Both the position numbers and the translations under genes were made by a program. This document shows, piece by piece, positions 24,941 through 36,041 of a stretch of DNA of 64,000 nt. The first letter of the stretch is position 1; every line of letters starts with the position of its first letter. Below the pieces are notes generated by a model that had not been told where the DNA came from, ran no database searches, and saw nothing but the letters and a program-made list of their open reading frames with translations. Origin of the DNA: Lama glama (taxonomy: Eukaryota); assembly GCA_028534125.1 (NCBI GenBank), contig CM052817.1, forward strand, positions 9,240,001 through 9,304,000. Direction: 5' to 3'.

Positions 24941-25676
24941 AGAGGATACTTCACCAATCAGATGCTTTCTGGTTAACTAGAGGCCTTTCCACTTAAGAAT
25001 ACACAAACATTAAGAGATGTTGGGGAAGTGATTGCTTCATCTTATCCTATCTAATTCATATTTCTACAATTTTAAAAGTATGTTTAAATCCAAGAAAAAA
25101 TGAAATAAGAAAAGTTATAATCTTATCACTATTTTATGTTATTTTTATTGGCATTAAGTAGTTTGAAGAAAGAACTTGTATATTGATATCAATATTTATC
25201 AATATGTATATATGATATATATATGAATAGTCTTCAATATTTACTTAACTTTTGTATGTCTTAGAAATACTGCTTTGTTGAAATTTTAGTAACTGGTAAT
25301 TGTCTTGCAGTAATTGATGTGCAGTTGTCATATTTCAGTGTTCTTTGATGCTCTAATACACATCTAAAATGGTTAACATGACTTTTTAGATATTATTATG
25401 CATATTATTAAAATCATAATAGACTAATAAGACAATTTTAAGATACTGAGTTACTCACTGACACCTAAGAATAAATATACATTTTTCAAAATAGTTTGTT
25501 TTAAATTTTATAGTATTTTAATGTAAAAGAAAATGTACCAAGAAATAATATATGCACATTAATTATAGATGTGTTAAAACCATCTTGAAGTTTTTTATCA
25601 TGTTTTCACAACAATAAATAATAGCCCAGTTACCTATAATTCAGTTTGTCGAAACCTATTACTAGAGGACTTTATT

Positions 25677-26100
25677 TGTAAGGTTAGAAAACTGGTACAA
25701 CAGAAAACTCAATAAGCAGCTTAGACAAGACGGATGTCTTTTTCTTTTACATAAACATAACACTCCTGGAAGTGGTACTGTGATTTTTATGGATCTAAGT
25801 CCTTCTGTTTTGTTGTTCTGCTGTCATTTTAACACCCACCTTCAGCCTCATGATCTGGGATGGCTGAGTGATTCAGTTGAGCTGTTGCATCTGCATTCCA
25901 GTAAGCTGGAGGTAAAGGAGAGGGACGATCTTCCCTTCCAAGGGTGCTTCGCAGAAACTTCACATACCAGTTTTGTTTTACGTCCCATTGTCCAGATCTT
26001 AGACACCCGGGCACACTTAACTACAAGGAAGGCTCGGAAATTTATTTTTTCACTCTGGGCAGTCCTACATCTGCCCGTTTGGGTGTCTTAGCATTGACTG
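25677..26100 (-). mobile_element. Old MLT1-type MaLR LTR relic
   Basis: 'catctgcattccag', 'tacgtcccattgtccagatcttagacac...cacttaactacaaggaaggctcggaaa' typical of old MLT1 subfamilies. Confidence 0.55.
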
Positions 26101-26329
26101 GAACAGGTGTTAGGCTACAGCTACCCGCCGGTGCCACAGGCCTTTTAGACAACAGGGAGGAATTGGTGTTACTATAGTGCGGCCTTTTTGTGGGTTTTTT
26201 TTTTCTCTTTTAAAGTATAAGTTATCTAATATGCTACGTAATCATTCTATAACTTTTTTAATGGATGATGTACCTTACAACCTACCATACATCCTTTACC
26301 CCAGATTGTTATTAGCTAGGAAGTCATAG

Positions 26330-26550
26330 AAGAGAGTGACTAAGAGTAGGGCGCTAATCTGCCTGAATGGAATCCTACCAGTGCTATGTGCTGGTGGTGT
26401 AACCTTGGGCAAGCTGTTAAACTTTCTGTGGCAAAGGTTATCTTCAGCTGGGAGGATAACACTACCTAGCTCACAGGACTGTTGCAAGGTTTAAATAATT
26501 GGTTTTAAAGAACTTAGAAAATGAAATGAACTTAGAAATGGCTCATCGTT
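26330..26550 (+). mobile_element. MIR SINE
   Basis: 'tgtaaccttgggcaagctgttaaactttctgtg...ggataacactacctagctcacaggactgttgcaagg'. Confidence 0.7.
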
Positions 26551-29052
26551 AAGCCCTCCAGTGTTGTTACTGTCAATTGACAGATTCTTAATGAAGTAAT
26601 TTTAATACTATTCCATGTAAAATATAACTGTAAAATTTAACACGTAAAGATGCACTAATATTTCACTGTGGTAGAGGGAAAGTAATTGGATAACTTTAAA
26701 ATGAGCCTAAATTGCTTATTTAGTTCTGAGTATTTTATTAGTTATACGGAGAGGTTTTCTTCTTTGGAGAATTATATTTTAGAACATATTTGCAAATAGG
26801 TATTTGTTGTTTGAAGTTTCCACTTAAGGTGTGCCTTTTAAGTCCATTCAGAGCCAAGAAGTGAAAAGATTATTAGTAATAAAAATTTCTTGTTACCTGT
26901 GTCTTGGGATAAATAAAGTGAACAATGAAATTGTTGGAGGATAATTATGTGGCAGTTCAAAGCTGAGTGTCCTTTGCAGTGGAACTAGGCTTACAGCTCT
27001 TCTTAGTTTACTTCCCTTGGCAGTCTTGCTTGAATCCCTGCACTTGGTTAAACACCCCTCTGTGCTTTTTATATAGCATACTCTGCATAACTCTTTTTCA
27101 CACTTGGCAGAGTTTACTGAAATTGTGTATTTGTGTCTGCCTCCCCTACCACTTCATAAGCAGAGATTGTATCTCACTCATCTTTGTATCCTACACTGTC
27201 AGTATACAAACAAACTGTAATGAACTTGTTACACTGAACAGAGCAATGCAGGTTGCCACTTTTGTAGGGATTTTAATTTTCAATCTCAATGAGTAACAGT
27301 GATTTTTTTTTCATAGCCTTAAATCAGTCTCTAAATTTGGTTGTCTGCAACAAGAAAAATAGGCCCATTTCCAAAATAAACTATGATCCTTCAAACAAAG
27401 TAATGTTCCATGCTGTTGAAATCTGGTTAAGAAAGGTCTGCTTCCTAACTCTTTGTATCTTGTGCCTTTTGTACACACACTCCTGTTTTTCACTCCATAC
27501 TAAAGTGTCACGACAATGAACTTACTTGTATGTTTTTAGAGTATGACAGCTATATTTAAGAGATAATTTAGTTAACCAGTATGCTGCATGAAACTCAGGA
27601 GTAGGTGGTGGTAAATTGTTCTTTGAAGGACAGAAACCTTTATTTTGTTTAACTATGTTGAGTCTGAAAATAAAATGTGCTATAGTTAAATTAGAGCCCA
27701 GATGAAGTGTGTTTGTATGTATAGGTGTATATATACATGCTGTGTGTGTGTATACATATATAATGTGTGTGTGTATATATGCACATTATCCATCTATATT
27801 TTAATGTCAAAATTGGGTTATCTTTGCCACTTGCTCTTGTACTAGTAGATGATCAAATTCTTTAACTTCATAATTAAAGCCAATAGACAGTCTCTTTTGT
27901 ATGCGATATTTGGATGCAATAAAGGACCCTTAGAGTATACAGTACTTGATGAGGTGGTAAAGGTAGATGCAGTTAATCTGAATTCCTTATTAATTATGTC
28001 AGATCCATTCAGATATTTATTGGTCACCCTTCTGCTGTCAGTGCATTATATGCTATCATAGTGTCTTTTGAAGGGCTGTGCTGAAAGTTGTTAAACTGCA
28101 ATCTCACAGATATTTAATTTTTAGTAGTTTCCTAAGTGGATTTTAATGTATCTTTCTAATATTGTATCAGAGACTCAGGCATTAGAGAAAAATCCTATAT
28201 TTTAATGGACTAAAAACAATGATCATCCTCACTGTTGGCATTTAGTCAAACAAATTTTATGATGTAAAACTGCTGGGTAAACCACAATATGTTTGTGCAT
28301 CCCTTTTTTCTCTTCCACAGCAGTATATAGTACTGTTGTCCTTTCTGCATTTAGTATATACAAAACTCTTCAATGAAAAATAACTCAAAGGAGATACTAT
28401 GCTCTTAAGCTTTATTATTTTCATTTTTTATAGTTTTATTTTTATGTCATTTCTAGACTTTGAACGAGCTTAAATTTCCAGTATCATTTGCAATAAAACA
28501 ATTAAGATGTTTTTATTAAACTCCTTTATTTAAGTACAACTTGTAAAATCATACTGAATTCAGTGGCAAGTTGTGATGAGTTTTTGCTGCTTATTTTTTA
28601 TTTTAATATTTTGGTGGGGTTTTTATTTAAGGATGTGTCTTTCCTTCAAATTTTAGATACCTGTAGAGAGAATTACAAACAGCTTTGATAATATTTTTTA
28701 AACTTTCACATCCTATATTACCCTATAATATCCTATAATATATCCTATATTAAGTTTGAAAGACTAGGATACCTACATTCTTTTCATATTTTAAAAAATA
28801 AGCTTTATTCTGTAAGCATTGCTCTCAAGTCACATTGTGCTCTTATAATCTAAGACTAAAGTTAACTGTTTTTTGTTTTGTTTTCAACTTTCAGAGATAG
28901 TTGTGGTAAATATACTTTGTGCTAAACAGTAATTTTTATTCCTTAAGAACTGAACTATTCTCAGTAATATTCTCCTCCTTACCCCCTTTCCCTTTTTTGC
29001 TTTTCAAATGGCTCTATAATCTTTCAAACTTCCCTTTCCTGTCTTTTTAAAG

Positions 29053-29103
29053 GTCGATTGAACTATCCACATCCAGGAACTGACAATCTGTTGATGTTAA
29101 ATG
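29053..29103 (+). CDS. CPEB2: CPEB2 coding exon 5 (51 nt, GRLNYPHPGTDNLLMLN)
   Basis: Pyrimidine tract then tttttaaag|GT CGA TTG; donor AAT G|gtaagt; phase 1-1. Confidence 0.93.
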
Positions 29104-29319
29104 GTAAGTTTTATAAAAACATTTTGTTTCCAATTGATTTATATAAATAAAAATGATTGAATACATGTTTCTCTAAGCCTTCTCCATACACACAAGTTAA
29201 TCATGTTATAAGTAGGAAAATAAAGCTACAACTCTTCCTGTACAAAAGGCAGAATTATAAGTTTGAGTGTATTCTCACTGGCAGAGTAACCACTGAAGTG
29301 TATTTGTGACAGTATGATT

Positions 29320-29510
29320 TAATTCAGTGACCATAGACTTTGGAGACAGTTCTGAGTTTGAATATTGGCTTTCTAGTTTGCTTTATTACCTTGGTCAAGT
29401 AACTTCTGTGAGCCTTAGTTTCCCTTCTGTGAAATAGTAACAATCTCAAAGTTCATTATGAGAATTAAATGAGATGCTGTTTGCAAGTACATAGAATGTG
29501 TTACTTAGTA
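29320..29510 (+). mobile_element. MIR SINE
   Basis: 'gactttggagacag...ccttggtcaagtaacttctgtgagccttagtttcc...tatgagaattaaatgaga'. Confidence 0.7.
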
Positions 29511-31439
29511 TAGCACCTGTGTTTATGTTCAACTAAGGAATATACTGGTGATTCTAGAAATATGGGAGTCACGCTAACTTAATTTTTCCTAGCTGTTAAG
29601 TTTACACAGTGAATTTCACTCTGGTGAAAAACAGACTTTCATTAAATTCCTTTCTATCTTTTGAACAAAGATTGTATTCATCTAAAGCTTTGTTGAAAAA
29701 AAGATGGCAATGAAGTTGACGAACAAAGGCTGAAAAAAAGGCCAGTGGAAAGCTAGACCATGTGAACTCTAGTGTTAAGTAAAAACTAGTATTAAGGAAA
29801 GATAAAAAGATAGGAATTCAGTCCAGGCGACCTAGGAGATTGTCAAGATAGATGGGATTTTGGAATTAGAGAAAGATTGAAGCAAAGCATTAAGTGAGGT
29901 GATTGATTGGTTCATTCAACATTTGACTCTTTTGTATTGAGTTTCCTACCACATGCTATCCTCCTCTAAGCACTGGATTATCAATTAGTGAGGATCTTCA
30001 AGGATGGTTAGAGGTAGAATTGTCAGGGTGCTAGCAGTGGGGCCAGACTGTATATACACGGCTGAAGCCATGTTCAGGCTAGACCTTACAGTGCTCTAGT
30101 GGTCCACATATATGAATTCAGGGAATTACAGTGTTTCCATAGACCTTAACCAAAAAGGCAGTGGAAATTACATTCCAGGACTTGTTCGTCAACTTTTTTT
30201 CTACCATGGAATTAAAAAACCATATTGTTTGAGTAGCTAGCTGGTCTCTGAACTCTAAATCTATGACTAACAATTATATTGCTGAAAGTAAGTTTACAAA
30301 CAAAATAGATTGTAAGTTTTATTATTCTCATGGCTTGATTTATAAAGTAATTATAGCTTTGGGTAATGATAAGTTATTTATATATGGATCCTAACTTCCT
30401 TAGATTCTTTTCTTTTGCAACATTCTGTGTGGTAAAGATAGATCATTCACATTTCTATTTTAACTTCTAAAAAAAAGCAGTTCAATTGAAAAATTTGAAT
30501 TTACATCTTTCACGTATTCTATTAAAATCCATCTGAAGGAAAGTACTGTATGAGATAATTTGTTAGATCATTCACAGATGTTCTTAGACTGCTGAATACA
30601 TAGTAAAGTAGGATGATTCAGAAGTATATTGTAATCACAATAGAATGTGTCTTTTGTGTGAGTAAAGAACTTAGTAGCCACACTGTTTTTACAGCTTATA
30701 CTTTTGGTTACACTAAACATTATTAAACTAATTGATTTCATCAGTTGCCTAAAGCCCTTATAAATAATCTAGGTGTTAGGTTGAAAGTGATTCATGACGT
30801 AGTAGACACAAGCATATTTTGTTTCAAGCAAGAGTTGCATCTTGTGGACAAATCTGCTTTTTTTATTAGGTAAGCATTTTTCACAGTCTGTCACTTTAGT
30901 GCTACGGTGCGTACTCAGTACTGTACAGAAGCCATCCTAGAAATTCTGAACTTCTGGCAAAGGACTAGGGGGGGAAACGATAATGAAACTAGAACATCAG
31001 TATGTGTTTAGGTCAGTAGAAAGAATTTGATCCAAAGAGGAAAAAAATATTTTGCTTATTTGGGATCGTTGGTTAAGAGGGAAAGCAAGAAGCAGAAAAT
31101 TAGATATATTTATAGGGTAAGGAAATATTTGAATATTAAAGATTTAGATAATTTTTTGTAGACATCAAGGTTATTGAATACAAAAATGGAAATAAGTGAT
31201 ATTTATATAAAACCTCTGCCTATACTAATTATTAAATATTATTGACTGAAGAAATTGTAGCATCTCAGTACATAGACTTGCTTTTTAAATTGTTTTATAG
31301 TATGTCACAGATTTGACTATTAGGCAGTTGATTAAGTTCTATTACTTAACCAACAAGCATAGCCAATATTAACTTAGAAAACCAATATTGGTAATAAATT
31401 ATACACTAGTATTTTTGTGTGTGTGTGTGTGGTGGTTTA

Positions 31440-31670
31440 GTAGTAGTACATGGTGATTGGTACCACAGACTATGGACCAAGGTTATCTGGGTTTAAACCC
31501 AAGTTTGCTATTTCTAGCTGTGTGACCTGGGGCAGCTTACCTAACTTCCCTTGGACTCAGAGTCCTCATTTGTAAAAGAGAGACAGCATGCTACCTGCCT
31601 CCGGAGGTCGTTGTGAGAAGTGAGTGAATTTATTCATGTAAAGTCTTTAGAACAGTTCCTGAAAGTGAAA
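31440..31670 (+). mobile_element. MIR SINE
   Basis: 'ctgggtttaaaccc...tagctgtgtgacctggggcag...ctcagagtcctcatttgtaaaa'. Confidence 0.75.
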
Positions 31671-34600
31671 GTTAGTTGTGGCAACGTGTGATGAACAGTG
31701 ACTAAAATGACTCTGAAAGAATAAAAATCATGTCCCGTCAATAGCTGAAAAGAGTTGGATCTGTTTGGAGAATATAAAAGTAAGAAAACTGATATTTTCA
31801 ACTATTTGAAAATATGAAGGCTGCTCTGTATAGTGAGCAAAGGAGGTTTGGTTTATATTGTTTCAGAAAGCCAAGCTAGAACCATGTGGAAGAAGCTGTA
31901 TAGGGACAAAATTTTAGTCAGTAAAATAAATTGACTTCGCAAACAGCGTTTCCTAACGTGTGGTACATTTGCCCCTTCTGGTACCCAAGGTGATTTTTGA
32001 TGGTGCACAAACACACATTAAAATAAACACAGGACTATTACAGTTTAAGAACATTCCTTAGAAAATACAGAATTGGCAGAAATCTCTGATATTACAGTGG
32101 TGCTAGACTTGAATCCATTTAAAAAGAAGAATATATAAATGTGAGTATAGTTGTCATGAAGATAAGGCAAACATTGTAAAGCTTTTGTGAATCTACCTTC
32201 CTGGTTAATTAGCATTATGGTTGAATGTGTAAATATTTATTTAAGGGATAAACAAGGAATGGAGTAAAAGTCAGGAAGTTAGTTAAACTAGGTAAAACTA
32301 CGAAGTACCCCTGGCAGATGCTTTAACTCTGAGCCTCTGTTTACTGAGGTATAAAATAATTGAGTTATAATCCCACATTTTTAAGTCTCATGAAATTGTT
32401 AAAAAATTATTTTGAATTTTTAACAAAAAAATGCCATAAAAATATAACTGCAGATAAGCTTTTACTGCTGAACAGATTATGTTCTTCAATTCAATTTGAA
32501 ATCTAGTTGAATTGGCTAGGGGACACTGCCACTTTTGAATAATTCTAATATCGTAGAAGAATCCATATTTAACATCCAGAAGCACTTTCAGGAAGTCACG
32601 TTATTATATAAGAATGAGTAGATTGTCTGAAAACCAAAGGTCTTACTGTCTGTTAGAATGACAGCTTTAATGTTTATATTTCTAAGCGTATAAATCTTAA
32701 ACTTTTTATTATCAATAGTAAAAAAAATAAAATAAAAAATTACAAACATTTCCATAATAGTAAGGAGCAATACAAAATGAGGTATCATTTGAGTATTTGT
32801 TTCTGTTGCTGTATAGGGATAACTGTACTCTCTTCATATGTCACCCAAGGGAAATTAGTACATATAATTGTTTTTGAAAAGGGGTACAGAGCAGAAGTAT
32901 AGGGGTTAGTATTAGCAAGCTGATTTGAAATTCACATTTGTTGTGATTAGCCACACACAGCCATGTTTGTAATCAAGAACTTGCTCTGCTTTGCAGGGAA
33001 GTTATGTGTATCTTTTAATTAAGAAAATGTACTCTAATGAAATTGTATTAAGTATATAAAGTCATGAAAATAGGAAATATGAGTATACAATCCTTTTTTT
33101 ATCCTGATGTAAGTGAAGTAGATAATAGCAGATTTATTTTGGATCTTGAAAAGAATTACGATTTGGGGAGCATATCTCCTTACTTTTGGCTTTTTAGAGT
33201 GAAAAATAAGAATGTCTTTGGCTTCACCATTAGAGAACTTTAACCTTTAAATATTTCTAGTTGATTTGATATGTTTACCTATCCCTTCCTACAGCTGAAG
33301 TAATTCAGGTACCACAACTGTAGCTAAGAGTCAATACCTCAGGGCACAAAGGTCTTAATGTTAAAATGTTAGAATCATCCTATTTCTTTTTTAGTAGCTG
33401 TGAGTTGGAACCTAAATAAGATCATTGGTAACTCAGGACCAAACTGTAAAGTCAGTTGTATAGGAAAGGTTTTCAGGCTTTTCTCACATTCTTCTTATTT
33501 CCTCCATTAAAAAAAAAATGTATACATAAGTATAAATGTATATAATATATATTTTAACACACATGCACATATATATATTTACATATGTATGTTAAGTAGC
33601 CAATTCTTCACTTTTTTATAATGCTTTAAAAAATTTATGTACCTGAAATTTAATATTCTAAATATAGTATTTTTATATAATAATTTAATTTTAATTAAAG
33701 CATAATGAATACTAGTCATTTAATGATTTTCTTTTCTCACTGAGGATTTCTGATAATTCTGATTCATAGTTATGGTGGAACATACACCTGAAATTCACAT
33801 AGAAATACTGGTAGAATAGTGAGCACACACACCACTGTTAAACATGATGGTAGCAGATTGGTTATTTTCATGACAGGGACTAGGAAATGTTTCACATGGT
33901 TTAGCTTCATCTGCAGTCAGATCTATTTTTGGTTATGTAGAGACTTGGAATCTGAGAGTTGTCCAAAAAATAAGCAGAATAACTCTTTGCAGGATTCTAA
34001 AATTCCTCAGGTATGAGATAGTTGGAGAAATTTTTTAAATAATGTGTTCAAGCCCAGGAATGAGATGAAACCTAAGATTCTGTGAACATTTGTACATATT
34101 TTCACTATTTTAGTATTGAGTAGCCTCAGCTAAGAACATAAACTGGTTATGAAGTCATTAATTTTCTCATTAGGTCATGAATTATGTTGCATATTATTAC
34201 TTCATCATAATTCATAATTTAAGTTTGATGAAAGCAGTTTCATTTGCTTTATAAATGTTCAGTCCTCTAAACCCTTGAATGAAATTCTCCAAAGCAGATT
34301 TATACTGGATTAATGCCATTAGATCAGGCCTAAGGATAAACAGGAAGCCCAACTCCTAAGACTTGTGCTGTAAAGTGTTTCTGGGCCTGTTGACCATTTC
34401 TATGCTTAATACAACTGTTAAGACTTCAGAGGAATTCATTCTTCTATAGCCTCTTCATATAGCTCCTTTTAAAATTCCTGCTGTCTGATTTTCGACAGCT
34501 GATCTCTCATCTCTTTAAGACACTGTTTTTTTTAAAGGCCTGTGTAAGTCTTAGAAGACCTAAATGCCACTTCTACCCCTACCCTCACCCTAAACTAATA

Positions 34601-36017
34601 AAGGTCAGGTAAGCTATACACACACACAAGCACACACACACGCAGCTGCATATCAGCTAATACATAGTAGAATGGCAGTGATGCAAATGAAGTTATTTTA
34701 TATAAAAGACTCTGATGTAACCCTTGTATGTATTGACCTATTCCTTAAATGTAGGTGATAAAGAGTTGGCAAGTTTGTTTTTCCTCCCTTTTATTATCAG
34801 GTAACTAATGCTGTGTCCTCACCTTGTAGGCATACTTCTCTGTATTAAAGCCTTAGTATAAAATTAAAAATATATCTTGTAAAATCTCTATAATAGAATG
34901 TATTTAATGATGTGAAATGTTTTCTTTTGATCTTTAAATTTTATACCTTTGGAGAGACTTCATTTCTAACAACTTTTAACACATATTTTGATTTGAGATT
35001 TACTCAATATTAAATTTTTCCCAGGCCTAAAAAATTCTGTAACATGAATTAAGATCTTAATTTTGACAGTGGTTTTTTGGTTTACTGCCTTGATTTCATA
35101 TGCTAATTCCAGAGTAGAAATACTCACTGTATACTCAGATTTGGGGGAGGAATTATTTTAAAACAAGTTGTGAATTTTATCAACCTGGTACTTTCTTACG
35201 AAAAATAAATTGCAGTATTTTTTTCTCCATAAGGAATTATGTAAACTGCTAGTAACATAGATGGAAATATTTCCTACTTTATACTCTTACAGTATTCAAC
35301 AAATGTACTATTCTTCGATGATACTAATAATTTGTATGTGAATCCCTCCTACTCTGGAGGAAAAGACTTATAAACACTTAGACAGCTGTTATAAAATGTA
35401 CCAAAAAGACTGAAAGCATTATCAGCTATAGTATATCAGTAATCATTTCTTCAACTAAGCAAGTTTGAACATGGGTTGATATCTTTGTATTCTATCTGTC
35501 TAAGCTCTACGGGCTTCAGAGGTTTAATACCGTTTACATCTTTTTACACTTCTATGTCTTCCAGTTATGTTTTCCATTCAGGGCTTGGTATAAGGTGAAT
35601 AGGATCTGAATAGGTACATGTTGAACAGTACATGCTACTGAGTAGAAAAATAAGGATTTAATTCAAGTGGTTTCTATTTATTGGGAAAATTGTTCAGGAT
35701 GCCATTTAACCATAAAGTGTTACCTATTCCTATCCTGATCAGATGAAACAAATATTTATTAACACAAATGAGAATAAATTATGTATTTCCTATTAATTTC
35801 ACAGTTTTTATGAAGTTCAGATGATACATATATAATAGAAGTGCTTTTTAAATATTAAACACCATGCAGATATTATATGATGACATTGTGGTAGCTCGTA
35901 AAACAAAGTAGCACTAATTTCCAGATGCCCACATAGCTTTTCATATCATAAATATTTGTATATGTGGGCCTATTTTTAGTTCTGACATTTTACAATTTGT
36001 CCTTTGTTTACATGCAG

Positions 36018-36041
36018 CAAGGAGTTATGGGCGAAGACGAG
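36018..36041 (+). CDS. CPEB2: CPEB2 24-nt microexon (ARSYGRRR)
   Basis: tttacatgcag|CAAGGAGTTATGGGCGAAGACGAG|gtaatt; phase 1-1; the 8-aa B-region motif shared by CPEB2/3/4; branch-like CTGAC at 35982-35986. Confidence 0.92.
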
